64,000 nt of DNA from an uncultured delta proteobacterium (GTDB lineage Bacteria; Desulfobacterota; Binatia; UBA9968): positions 256,001-320,000 of the forward strand of contig CAVYTU010000013.1 of the NCBI GenBank assembly GCA_963771465.1. The letters are read 5' to 3'. Shown here piece by piece: positions 41,785 to 52,610 of this stretch. The first letter of the stretch is position 1. Each line of letters starts with the position of its first letter. The position numbers and the translations under genes were made by a program. Below the pieces are notes generated by a model. The model saw nothing but the letters and a program-made list of their open reading frames with translations. It was not told the origin of the DNA and did not search any database.

Positions 41785-42021
41785 CTCGGACTCCGCAGTT
41801 CAAATTGAAGCAGCGAGAGAGACGCGATCCTGCCGCAGACAATGGGCCTGTGCCCCTGAGCAGGCAACCGACATCGGCGCCCAGCGAACAATCCTTGGTA
41901 GCCATTGGAACGGCGTGCCGACCAGACAAATTGACTTTGCAACCTAAGCGCTGGATGTCTTCACGGCTCCAGGCTCGCGTCTCGCTCGGCGCACGCAATT
42001 ATTTCAACTGAGGAACTCGGG
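41785..42021 (-). ncRNA. Candidate structured RNA, copy B
   Basis: Homologous to 14515-14751 with the same nested stems and compensatory substitutions. Confidence 0.7.
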
Positions 42022-42043
42022 ATTATTCCAACCGGTGGTTTTG

Positions 42044-43427
42044 CTAGGAAATGAAAGCCTGACGATCTAATCGATGCTTGCGCAATAACCGTTGAAAGGA
42101 ACGCCGCTCCTTGCCGGCCGCCCTGGCGGCGCGGCTGACGTTGCCTTGATGTTGGGCGAGCAGAGTGGCGAGATAATGACGCTCGAAGCTCTCGATGGTT
42201 TTGTGCTTCGCCTCGCGCAGCGAGCGCGCCGCTGCGGCTTCGCCGTTGACGCCGGCAGGTAGGTCGATATCTTCAGCCGTGAGTATCGGCGCGCGGGAGA
42301 ACGTCAAGGCGCGAATGATGACGCTCTCAAGCTCGCGAATGTTTCCCGGCCAGGAGTAAGCCATCAGTTTTTGCAGCGCAGCCGCTGAGAGCGCGGCGGC
42401 CGGCCGGCCATGTTCCTTGCCAAAGTGATCGAGAAAGTGCGCCGCCAGCGGCGCGACGTCTTCGATCCGCTCGCGCAACGACGGAATCGTCAGCGACAGC
42501 GCGTTGAGTCGGTAATACAAATCCTCGCGAAACTGCCTTGCTTCAACCCGCATGATCAAATCCGTATTGGTTGCGGCGATCACGCGCACGTTGGCTTTGC
42601 ACGAACGTGCCGAACCGACGGGCCGATACTCGCCGTCCTGAAGAAAGCGCAAAAGCTTGGCCTGGGCCATCAAACTCAAAGTGTCGACTTCGTCGAGCAC
42701 CAGTGTGCCGCCCTCCGCTTCAGCGATGAGGCCCTTTTCCGCGGAACTGGCGTCGGTGTAGGCGCCTTTGACGTGACCGAACAATTCATTCTCAAAGAGG
42801 TGATCCGGTAAAGCTGCACAGTTAATCGGAATAAATGGATAACGCTGGCGCCGGCTTTGATAATGGATGGCGCGCGAAAATAGTTCCTTCCCCGTACCGG
42901 TTTGGCCGATGATCAAGATTGTCGCGTCGGAATCAGCCATCGGCGGTAACGTTGCGGATGGCGCGCATGAATGTTTCGCTGCGGCCGACCAGAGCGCCAA
43001 AGTGCAGCGTTTCTTGCCGGCTGGAAACTTCTCGTTCGGCGGCGCCATTGATCGACGGCCTTAAGAGCCGGCGCACGCGCTGTAAAAATTCCCCTTCGTC
43101 AAATGGCCAGAATGAGAAATCGTCACACTCGGCGAGCGCTTGCTGATCCTGTTTCTGATCGCGGCCGCGGCAAAGCATCAGCAACAGCGGAACGTCGCGC
43201 CATTTCTCTCGACAGCGTGCCACCAAGGAATTCGGCGCGCCGAATTGCGCGGCTTTCAATATAATCAGGTTGGGCATGACGGGGGGATTGCCGGGAAATT
43301 CACGGTCACCGGCCACGCAGGCGCAATCGATGGAAAAAGCGCGGCGCAGCAAGTCCGCAAGCACATCGCAGGTCGTGGCCGCGCACGAAGATGAAGTCTC
43401 GTCGAGAATGAGTACCTGGGCTGTCAT
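42044..43427 (-). CDS. NtrC/Fis-type enhancer-binding protein with a degenerate receiver domain (frameshift near 42945)
   Basis: GQTGTGKE, INCAALP, ELFGHVKGAYTDA, LDEV, FREDLYYRL, WPGNIRELE, C-terminal HTH GNVSRAAR. Confidence 0.88.
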
Positions 43428-43646
43428 TACTATGCCCCTGATTTACCGGTGAACGATGCTTGAAATTGTACTATCGGCTCTTGCGCCTGTTGATGGATCG
43501 ATTTGCCGTTGATCGTCATCGTAGACGAGCAGAAATTTTTTTGCCGACACTTATTATATGTTCCAAATTCGTCGTCACTGGCAAGTAGTTTTTTATTTTT
43601 TTTAATAGAGCAACACTCATACCATCGAAGAAAAAAATCGTGCGCG

Positions 43647-43662
43647 GCAACGAGTATGCCAA
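43647..43662 (-). promoter_or_regulatory. Sigma-54 (-24/-12) promoter
   Basis: Minus strand TTGGCATACTCGTTGC matches TGGCAC-N5-TTGC with correct spacing, ~220 bp upstream of the regulator start. Confidence 0.65.
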
Positions 43663-44041
43663 CTCGGCGCAATCGCGCCACTCAAAGAAAAAAAATCTGC
43701 GTTGATCGCGCGGCCGAACCCAGATTCAGACGCGGATTTAGGAAAGAGATCTGCGCGAAAAGCGAAATTGATTGAATCGCTCGCGAATGCGACCTTTCGT
43801 CATGAAAACTTCCTTTAAGATCAGAAGTCGTTCCGATGAAATAAAAATCCTTGGCTCGCAGACGCCTAGTTGTCAGCGCGTAACATCGGTTACACGCATC
43901 GTTTACACCAGCCACGCTCGCAATCAGCGCCGCGGTCGGTGTATGTGAGAAATATTTGAAGTGTGAAAAGGCGCGGATTGCAACATTATGAAGCAAGCGT
44001 TAGCAAAATTGTTTTACGTCGCGGATTGGCGCGGCGAAAAT

Positions 44042-44070
44042 ACGCCCTCGCGGTGAACCCGCGAGGGCGT
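44042..44070 (-). terminator. Intrinsic terminator hairpin
   Basis: 12-bp perfect stem ACGCCCTCGCGG/CCGCGAGGGCGT with short T tracts on both strands, downstream of the cupin gene. Confidence 0.75.
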
Positions 44071-44098
44071 TTCATAAGATCCGGTTCGGCGTGAAAAC

Positions 44099-44524
44099 TT
44101 AGCCCGTGAAGAACGCGTCGGGAATCACCTCCCGCGGTTTGGCTTTGCGCTCGGTGTAGTCGACGCGCTTGTCCATGGTATTTTGCGCGCGGGCGCTAAA
44201 GCGCAGGATCACCAGCGCTTCCTTGCTGCTGCTCTCAAACCAGTAGGGCGTGCCCCGTGGGATCAAAAGCATTTCATTCTTGTTTAGTTGCGCGACGACC
44301 TTGTCACCCTCGCCGTAAAAGGTTGCCTGGCCGGCGACCACCAGCCAAGTAGCGTCGCTGCCCGCGTGCGCGTGTAGATTAGTCTCGCCGCCTTCGGTGA
44401 CAACCTGAACCGTCGCACCGAGAATATCGGTCCTAAACAGCGATTGTCCTTTTTTTCCGCGGCTCACCATTTGCGGATTAATCTTGGCGACCTTAAACGG
44501 CGCCGGCGTTTCCAACTCAGCCAT
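44099..44524 (-). CDS. Cupin domain protein
   Basis: GGETNLHAH, LLIPRGTPYWF; AAGGAG RBS. Confidence 0.85.
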   Translation of the reverse strand: MAELETPAPFKVAKINPQMVSRGKKGQSLFRTDILGATVQVVTEGGETNLHAHAGSDATWLVVAGQATFYGEGDKVVAQLNKNEMLLIPRGTPYWFESSSKEALVILRFSARAQNTMDKRVDYTERKAKPREVIPDAFFTG

Positions 44525-44766
44525 AAAATATTCCTCCTTGGAAAATAGTTGATGCACTTTAGCGCGATGCAGAAACTGCCGTCAAGCTCCATCGCGCGAG
44601 GTTCAAGAGTGAACGCCGCCGGATCGCGCGGTTCGCACCGGCGCTCCGCGCGTAGGGCCCAAATTATCCTATTTTTGGCTAGCTTTCCTTAAACATCCCG
44701 CTGTGCTATTGGCAAATGCACGAGTCGAGAAGGAATCCTCAGGGATTACCGCTAAGGAGAGACCCC

Positions 44767-45891
44767 ATGGCCAACACGGACCCGACGATGGTGCGCGCCG
44801 AGCGCGAAATGGTCAAGCAAGCCGAAGTCTATAAATCGCCCTATGAGCGATGGAAAGAGGCCGAGGGTCTGCCGACGCTGCGCGGTTACTTCGTTAAGAA
44901 TCTCTTCGAGGTCGAGCTTACGCCGTGGAAATCCAGCGGCGACGGTTCGGCGGCGATTATCAATCTGGAAGGCACCGGCGGTTTTAACGACGCCTACGTG
45001 GCCGAAATCCCGCCCGGCAAATCGCTCAAGCCGCACAAGCATCTGTTCGAAGAGACCATCTACATTCTCAAAGGACAGGGCGCTACCTCGGTGTGGCTCG
45101 ATGCGGCCAAGAAGCAGACCTTCGAATGGCATGCCGGCAGTTATTTCGCGATTCCGATGAACGCCTGGCACGAGCACTTTAACGCCTCCGGCACCGAGCC
45201 GGCGCGTTATGTCGCTATGACCAGCGCGCCGCGGGTAATCGACACATTCGACAATCATAAATTCGTCTTTGACAATCCGTTTGTATTCGACGACCGATTC
45301 AACTCCGAAGAGGCATATTTCCGCGAAGTCGGATCGGAAAATCGATCAACGGCGCTGGCAAACCAATTTCGTCGCCGACGTGATGGCCTGTCAGATGAAC
45401 GAGGGCGGCAGAGGGATCGGCGTCGAAATCGTTAGGCTTCGCGCTGGTCAACGGCACGATGAAATCGCACAGCTCGTTCTGGCCGGTCGGAACCTATAAA
45501 AAAGCCCACCGCCACGGGCCGGGCATCCACGTTGTCATCTTGAAAGGCCACGGCTACTCGCTGATGTGGCAAGAAGGCAAGTCGATCGAAAGAATCGATT
45601 GGGAGCCCGGCAGCATATTCGTGCCGCCGGAGATGTGGTTTCATCAACATTTCAACACGGGAAAGGATCCGGTACTGTTTCTTGCCATCGGCTGGGGCAG
45701 CGACAAGCCGAAGGCCGGCGGTAAGCAGTATGTTTACAAGAGCGTTAAAGAGGGCGGCGATCAAATCGAGTATGAAGATGAAGACTCCGGCGATCCATCG
45801 CGACTATGAGGCCGCGTTGGCAAGCCAGGGCGTAGCTTGCAGAATGGGCGGCAAACATCCCTTCTGCACGGCGAAAGCGGCGGCAGCGTGA
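44767..45891 (+). CDS. Bicupin protein (gentisate-dioxygenase-like fold), several apparent frameshifts
   Basis: HKHLFEE...WHEHFN and KAHRHGPG...WFHQHFN; frame breaks near 45345, 45435 and 45785. Confidence 0.75.
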
Positions 45892-45972
45892 TGTGTTGCA
45901 GGATTTATCAATCAGCGAGCAATCACGAAGAAAGATGGCATAAAAGGAAATAACAAAGGGGGATTCAGAATC

Positions 45973-46912
45973 ATGGCACAGCGTAAGATAAAAGTTCGCG
46001 GCGTTTATCGTTCGGGCAGTCATATGCCGATCTGGGAAGTGATGGATAAGGCGCGCATTTGGGGAAAAGCCGGGCTCGAGCTGGTCAGCTTCGAGTACTG
46101 CGCAATGCCGCCGGATGCCGAGCGGGCTTTGTTTAAAGGTGAAATCGATTTTATTTCAGGCGACCATTTGACCCCTTATGGTTTGGTTGTCCAAGGCAAG
46201 CCGATCGTCAGCATCGCCTCTCCGGTGAACGGCCAGAACGCCAGCATCGCGTCATGGGAGCCGATCACGTCGCTGCACGATTTGCGCGGCAAGCGCATCG
46301 CCGACACGCCGATGGAAGGACGCAAACGGCGGCTTTCATCATGGCCGCGGCAATCATATGATGTATCTCATCCGCGCCGGAATCGGCATCGATGACGTCA
46401 AGTGGGTCGAAGGTGAAAGCTCGGATGAGCAGTTCGAGGCGTTGAAGATCGGTAAGGCGGATGCGCGCTTTATCTCCGGCGCCGGCGAGAGATACAAAGA
46501 AATGGGCTTGCATATCTTCCCGCTCGGGCCGTTGCCGATGATCAACGGACCGACGCTAACGACTTCTTACACGGTGCTGCAAAAGAAAAAGGGGCTCGGC
46601 GAGCGGCTGGTCAAAGCGTTGGTGCTGGGAATTCACTTCGCCAAGACGCAGCGGCAGAAGACCCAGAAAATTTTAGACGGCCTGAACAAGCGAACCGGCG
46701 AAGATTATCAATATAGCCGGCTCGAACGCATGCCGAGTAAGCCTTATCCGGATGCCCAGGCGATTATCAATGCCTACGACCTTGGCTGTATCAAGTCGCC
46801 CGAAGCCAAACAGTTGAGCCCCATGGCGCTCTGGGATTTGCACTATCTGCGCGAGCTCGACAACTCGGGGTTTATCGATAAACTGTATAAGCGCAAGGCG
46901 GCCAGCGCATAA
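45973..46912 (+). CDS. NitT/TauT-type substrate-binding-like protein (frameshift near 46325)
   Basis: SLHDLRGKRIA, DLHYLRELDNSGFIDKLY; two overlapping ORFs. Confidence 0.7.
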
Positions 46913-46955
46913 TAATTAATAAGGTGGACACGGTGAACTCGCGAAGGAGGTCGTT

Positions 46956-48505
46956 ATGAAAAGAGTTGCCTCACTGAGTTTAATGTTGCTGATTTGGCTG
47001 AGTGCTATCACCCATCTCGAAGCGGCATCGGCGCAACCCAAGCGCGGCGGCACGATTACGTTGGCTATCAGCAAAGAGCTCGCGTTGATGAATCCATTGG
47101 TCAACACCAGCTCGACCGAGGCGCGCATTCGCGATTTAATGTATGAGCCGTTGCTGGCCAAGGACTTGAAAGGCGCAATTCAGCCGCGCCTCGCCGAATC
47201 ATGGGAGATTTCCAAGGATCGGAAAGTTTACACTTTTAAACTGCGCAAGGGCGTCAAGTTTCACAACGGCGAGGAGCTGACCGCCGACGACATCAAGTTC
47301 GCCATCGACTACACATTGAATCCGAAGAACGGCGCATACGGCTTAGAAGATTTGAGCACCGTGGAACGAGCCGAGGCTGTCGACAAACACACGCTCAGAG
47401 TTCACCTAAAACAACACAATCCGCTTTTTCTTACCGTGCTCACCGAGATTCGTTCGTTCTCGGCGATTCCCAAAGAGTCTCTAGCCGAAGGAATAAGAAA
47501 ACCGACGACATTTCCCGCCGGCACCGGTCCTTTCAAGTTTGTCGAATGGCTGCCCGGCCAGCGCATCGTTTTTGAACGGCATGACGACTACTGGGGCCAC
47601 AAAGCTTATGTTGACCGCGTCATCATGAAAGAGATCGGCGACGCCACCGTTCGCTTTACCGCATTACAAGCCGGCGACGTCGATATCATCGAGCGGACGC
47701 CTTACGAATGGGTGCAACAGCTCGTCGAGGGAAAAATAAAAGGCATCGGCTTCGCCAAAGCGGCCCGCGCTGGCGCGCGCAACCTTGAGTTCAACGTCTT
47801 CGATCCGCCCTTTAATAACAAGAAATTGCGCATGGCGATTGCTCACGCGCTGGACCGCAAGGAAATCATGCAAGCGGCCTATCTCGGTCTGGCCGAGACG
47901 GCTGACCAGAGGTTCCCCAACGGCCACCATTGGCATTTCGATATTCCCGCGGCGCCCTATGACCCGAACAAAGCCAAGGCTTTGTTAAAAGAAGCCGGCT
48001 ACAAGGGAGAGACCCTGGAGCTGATGGGCAACCGCGGTGAAGTCGCCGACGTCGAGGGCGCGGTCATTCAAGCGCAGCTCGCAAGGTCGGCGTCAAGGTC
48101 GAACTGAAAATTTTGGAGCGCGCCTCCGCGCTCGAAGCCCGGCGCCAGGGTAAGTACATGTTCAAACTCGCCGGCGGCAGCGATTTCCCGGACCCGCTAC
48201 CAGCGTATGAAGAATACACCTGTGAGCCGGACCCGAGAAAGCGCCGGCTCAATGAAAGCGGCTATTGCGACAAGGAGTACGACGCGCTCCTGCGAAAGGC
48301 CGAAGCCGAGATCGATCAGGACAAACGCCGGGCGCTGTTCAAGCAAGTGGTCACCAAAGTGGTGCAGGATCTGCCGATCTTTCCGATCGGCTTCACGCCG
48401 CGCTTTTTCACTTTCCGTGACCATGTGAAAAATTTCGTCACCAATGGCGGCGGCGATTTCGAACCTTGGGGCGCCGGATTGAGCCGCGCCTGGGTAGACA
48501 AATAA
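46956..48505 (+). CDS. Dpp/Opp family-5 substrate-binding protein (frameshift near 48085)
   Basis: PKRGGT, LAESWEIS, FKLRKGVKFHNG, GTGPFKF, PPFNNKKLRMAI. Confidence 0.88.
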
Positions 48506-48519
48506 AGGGCAAATATGAT

Positions 48520-48591
48520 TTCACCACGAAGGCACGAAGGGTCCGAATAATTGTTTCTTACCTTCGCGCTCTTCGCGTCCTTCATGGTGAA
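48520..48591. repeat. REP-like palindrome (CACCACGAAGGCACGAAG type)
   Basis: TTCACCACGAAGG...CCTTCATGGTGAA inverted arms after the binding-protein gene. Confidence 0.65.
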
Positions 48592-48650
48592 GCATTCTTC
48601 CATAACCAAGCCAATATTGAATTTGAGGCGGAAACCGCTCTGCTTCGCTC

Positions 48651-49616
48651 ATGCTACTCCGCTATATCGTCCAGCGCATTTGGCAGTTGATCCCGGTACT
48701 CATCTTGGTGAGCATCGCGGTTTTCTTAATCGTACGGCTGATTCCGGGCGATCCCGTGTTGGTGATGATGGGTGTCGATCCCGAAGAGCGCTCGCGCATC
48801 AGCGACGCGCAGTATCAAGCACTGCAACAGCAGTTGGGTTTTGACCGGCCGATCTATGTGCAATACGTCAACTGGGTGAGCCGAATCGTCCATGGTGACA
48901 TGGGACAGTCGCTGCGCTCGCGCCGGCCAATCTTTGAAGTCATCTTTGAACGCTACCCGGCGACGATCTATCTGGCGGCCATCGCTTTGTTCACTGGATT
49001 GATCATTGCCATTCCCGCCGGAGTGATCGCGGCGATCCGACAAAATACCAGCGCCGATTATGCCGCCATGGGATTCGCCCTGTGGGGCATCGCCATGCCC
49101 AATTTCTGGCTCGCGTTGATGCTGATTGTCTTATTCAGCCTCCATCTCGGCTGGCTGCCGTCGATCGGCTACGCCGATCCTTTCGAGGCGCCCTGGCGTT
49201 TCCTCCAACATGCTTGCCTACCGGCGATCGTGATGGGCACCGATCTCGCCGCGCCGCTCACGCGTTACATCCGGGCGGAGATGTTGGAGCAGCTCAAGCA
49301 AGATTATGTTCGTACCGCTTGGGCCAAGGGCTTGCCTTCGCGAATGGTCATCGTCAGACACGCGCTCAAGAACTCTCTGATCGCCGCGGTGACCGTGGTC
49401 GGCCTACAAACTGCGCGGCTATTGGGCGGCTCGACGATCGTCGAGACGGTGTTCTCCTGGCCGGGCATCGGTCGGTTGCTCATCGAAGGCATCTACTCGC
49501 GGGATTATCCGATCGTGCAGGGCAGCGTGCTGCTGATCGCCGTCACCTATGTGTTCATCAATCTTTTCGTCGATATCGCGTATAAATGGTTGGACCCGCG
49601 CATCAAGCTCGAATAA
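48651..49616 (+). CDS. Peptide/nickel ABC permease (DppB-like)
   Basis: IPGDP, DYVRTAWAKGL, ETVFSWPGIG, LDPRI. Confidence 0.92.
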   Translation: MLLRYIVQRIWQLIPVLILVSIAVFLIVRLIPGDPVLVMMGVDPEERSRISDAQYQALQQQLGFDRPIYVQYVNWVSRIVHGDMGQSLRSRRPIFEVIFERYPATIYLAAIALFTGLIIAIPAGVIAAIRQNTSADYAAMGFALWGIAMPNFWLALMLIVLFSLHLGWLPSIGYADPFEAPWRFLQHACLPAIVMGTDLAAPLTRYIRAEMLEQLKQDYVRTAWAKGLPSRMVIVRHALKNSLIAAVTVVGLQTARLLGGSTIVETVFSWPGIGRLLIEGIYSRDYPIVQGSVLLIAVTYVFINLFVDIAYKWLDPRIKLE

Positions 49617-49627
49617 CGAAGGCCGAG

Positions 49628-50527
49628 ATGAAACAAGAAACCTTGCCAAGATCGTGGAGCGCTGCCGATAGCGCCAATTCCTCGTTGCAAAGATTCCTCG
49701 GCGCCTGCCAGGTCATCGCCCGCAGTCGCTTGGCGCTCATCGGAGTCGTTATCGTCGGCGTCTGGCTATTAACCGCCTTGTTCGCCCCGTTCATGGCGAC
49801 CCACGATCCCTATGAAATCAACATCGCCGGACGCCTTAAAAGCCCCAGCGCCGATCACTGGCTCGGTACGGATTACCTCGGCAGGGATAGTTACAGCCGC
49901 ATCGTGTTTGGCGCGCGCACGGCGTTTCAAGTCGCTGTCGGTGCGGTCTTTCTCGGCGCATTTTTTGGTATACCGATCGGTGCCGTTGCCGGCTTCGCCG
50001 GCCGCTGGATCGACTCCGCGTTGATGCGGGTGATGGACGCGATCATCGCTTTTCCCGGCAGACTTCTGGCGATTGCGCTGGTGGCTTCCCTCGGCGGCGG
50101 ACTTTATTCGCTCTACATTGCGCTCGGCATCAATTCGATTCCATCCTACGCGCGCATCGTGCGCGGCGTGGTCCTGTCGCAAAAGCAAAAAGAATACGTC
50201 GAAGCCGCGCGTATGACCGGTGAATCCAACTGGAGCATTTTGTTTCTGCAAGTCCTGCCCAACTGTTTATCGCCGTTGCTGGTACGCCTCAGTCTCGACT
50301 TCGGCCATGCGATCCTGGCCGAATCGTCGTTGAGTTTTCTCGGTCTCGGCCTGCCGCCGCCGACGGCGAGCTGGGGACTGATGTTGAAAGAGGTCACGCC
50401 GTTTCTTCAACTCCAACCGATGGCGGCGTTCTTTCCGGGCCTAACGATCTCGATAATCATTTTGGGTTTCAACTTGCTCGGCGACGGTCTGCGCGACGTT
50501 TTCGACCCGCGCCAGTATGAACGCTAA
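49628..50527 (+). CDS. Peptide/nickel ABC permease (DppC-like)
   Basis: HWLGTDYLGRD, EYVEAAR, SLSFLGLG, GDGLRDVFDPR. Confidence 0.92.
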   Translation: MKQETLPRSWSAADSANSSLQRFLGACQVIARSRLALIGVVIVGVWLLTALFAPFMATHDPYEINIAGRLKSPSADHWLGTDYLGRDSYSRIVFGARTAFQVAVGAVFLGAFFGIPIGAVAGFAGRWIDSALMRVMDAIIAFPGRLLAIALVASLGGGLYSLYIALGINSIPSYARIVRGVVLSQKQKEYVEAARMTGESNWSILFLQVLPNCLSPLLVRLSLDFGHAILAESSLSFLGLGLPPPTASWGLMLKEVTPFLQLQPMAAFFPGLTISIIILGFNLLGDGLRDVFDPRQYER

Positions 50528-50574
50528 AAAACTTTCACTGCCGTCGTGAAAAATAGTTAATCAACGATTCGACC

Positions 50575-51537
50575 ATGGCGCTGCTTGAAGTCAGAAACCT
50601 CTCGGTCAATTTCAACCTCAGGCGCGGCACGTTGGCCGCGGTGCATGATCTTTCGTTCTCCCTGGCGGCGAGCGAAACCTTTGGTATCGTCGGCGAGACC
50701 GGCTGCGGCAAGAGCGTCACCTCGCTCTCGATTCTCCGGCTTGTTCCTTCGCCCGGCGAAATCATCGGCGGCGAAATTATTTTCGATGGCCAAGATTTAC
50801 TCAAGAAGAGCGAGCGGGAGATGGAGAAGATCCGTGGCCGGCAGATTTCCATGATCTTTCAGGAACCAATGACTTCGCTCAACCCGTCGCTCACCGTCGG
50901 CGAACAGATCGACGAATGTTACCGCGTGCACATGGGCCATTCGAAAAAGATCGCCCGCGATTGCACCGAGCATGTTTTGAATTTGGTCCGTCTGCCGGCA
51001 CCCAAGACGCTCGCGGATCGCTATCCCCATGAGCTGAGCGGCGGCATGCGCCAGCGGGTGATGATCGCCATGGGACTGGCGTGTGAGCCCAAACTATTGA
51101 TCGCCGACGAGCCGACCACGGCTTTGGACGTGACGATCCAAGCGCAGATTCTCGAGCTCCTCAAAGAGCTGCAAGAAAAGCTCAAGATGGCGCTGATCTT
51201 CATCTCGCACAACCTCGGCGTGGTCGCGCGCGTGTGCGACCGCATCGGCGTCATGTACGCCGGATCGATGGTCGAGCTGGCTGACAAGAAAAGTCTATTT
51301 ACCAACCCGCAGCATCCGTACACCATCGCGCTGCTCCATGCGATCCCGCGCCCCGAGATGCGCCACGAATCTCTGCACGCGATTCCCGGCGCGGTCTGCA
51401 ACCTCTTCGATCCGCCCCCGGGATGTAAATTTCACCCGCGCTGTACCAAGGCGCAGGACATCTGCCGAACGGAAACGCCACGGCTGGATGAAAAAATTTC
51501 CGGTAGCCGCGCGGCTTGTCATTTTCCTGGTGTCTGA
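50575..51537 (+). CDS. Peptide ABC ATPase (DppD-like)
   Basis: GETGCGKS, LSGGMRQR, DEPTTALD, GCKFHPRC. Confidence 0.93.
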   Translation: MALLEVRNLSVNFNLRRGTLAAVHDLSFSLAASETFGIVGETGCGKSVTSLSILRLVPSPGEIIGGEIIFDGQDLLKKSEREMEKIRGRQISMIFQEPMTSLNPSLTVGEQIDECYRVHMGHSKKIARDCTEHVLNLVRLPAPKTLADRYPHELSGGMRQRVMIAMGLACEPKLLIADEPTTALDVTIQAQILELLKELQEKLKMALIFISHNLGVVARVCDRIGVMYAGSMVELADKKSLFTNPQHPYTIALLHAIPRPEMRHESLHAIPGAVCNLFDPPPGCKFHPRCTKAQDICRTETPRLDEKISGSRAACHFPGV

Positions 51538-52535
51538 TGCCGCTTCTCGAAGTCAAGCACCTTACCAAACATTTCGACGTCAGCGACGGCCTGCTTGGCC
51601 GCTGGCTTGCCGGCGGTAAAACGCTCAAGGCGGTGGATCAGATTTCCTTCGATGTGGCGGAGGGAAAAACTTTCGGACTGGTCGGCGAGAGCGGCTGCGG
51701 CAAGTCGACCACCGCGAGGCTGATTACCCGGTTGATCCCCGCCACCGGCGGCGAAGTCTACTTCGATGGCAAGGAAATTCTCAGTCTCCCCAATCGAGCG
51801 CTGCGCGAGCTACGCAAACATATTCAAATGATTTTTCAGGATCCCTATGCTTCTTTGAATCCGCGCATGCGCGTCGTCGACATCGTCGGCCGACCGCTGA
51901 CGATTTTCTTTGGTACCAAGGGTCAGAAAAAAAACCAGCGCGTGGCGGAATTGCTGGAGTTGGTCGGTCTGAGCGCCGATCATCGCTACCGCTACCCACA
52001 CGAGTTCAGCGGCGGCCAGCGCCAGCGCATCGGCATCGCCCGCGCCTTAGCGACCGATCCCAAGCTGATCATCGCCGACGAGCCGGTGTCTTCGCTTGAC
52101 GTGTCCGTGCAGGCGCAGGTGCTGAACCTGCTGCGCAAACTGCAGCGCGAACTGAATTTGACCATGATTTTCATCTCCCACGATCTAAACGTCGTCGGTT
52201 ATCTCGCCGACAGCGTCGGCGTCATGTACGCCGGTAAGATGGTCGAGATCGCTTCGGTGGAAAACATTTTCAAAGCTCCGTTGCATCCTTATACTCAAGC
52301 GCTGCTGGCGTCCAACCCAACCGTCGGATCGTTCATGGAAGCAATGCCGCCGCCGCTCAAGGGCGAAGTGCCGGTGCCGGTCAACCCGCCGCCCGGATGC
52401 CGCCTCGAGCCGCGCTGTCCGATTCGCGTCGACAAGTGTAAATCCATCGAACCACGCTTGGAAGAAAAAGCAAAGTCGCACCAGGCCGCCTGCCATGAAG
52501 TGGGAAGGGTAGAAACTGTTGAACGGCCCGGCTGA
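51537..52535 (+). CDS. Peptide ABC ATPase (DppF-like)
   Basis: GESGCGKST, FSGGQRQR, DEPVSSLD, HPYT. Confidence 0.93.
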   Translation: MPLLEVKHLTKHFDVSDGLLGRWLAGGKTLKAVDQISFDVAEGKTFGLVGESGCGKSTTARLITRLIPATGGEVYFDGKEILSLPNRALRELRKHIQMIFQDPYASLNPRMRVVDIVGRPLTIFFGTKGQKKNQRVAELLELVGLSADHRYRYPHEFSGGQRQRIGIARALATDPKLIIADEPVSSLDVSVQAQVLNLLRKLQRELNLTMIFISHDLNVVGYLADSVGVMYAGKMVEIASVENIFKAPLHPYTQALLASNPTVGSFMEAMPPPLKGEVPVPVNPPPGCRLEPRCPIRVDKCKSIEPRLEEKAKSHQAACHEVGRVETVERPG

Positions 52536-52610
52536 TCCATCGTAATATCGCCAACAATCGGGCTTCGACGGGCAAATGTGGTGAATAAATAAACTGACGG
52601 AGAACGACGA

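Noticed and set aside
14515-42021. Repeats as att sites or IS ends of a mobile island
   Set aside because: No integrase or transposase in the window, no evident target-site duplication, and conservation concentrates in internal loops rather than termini. Not fully excluded.
43430-43996. Short ORFs in the AT-richer gap upstream of the regulator
   Set aside because: Atypical composition and no motifs; the region reads as a control region.
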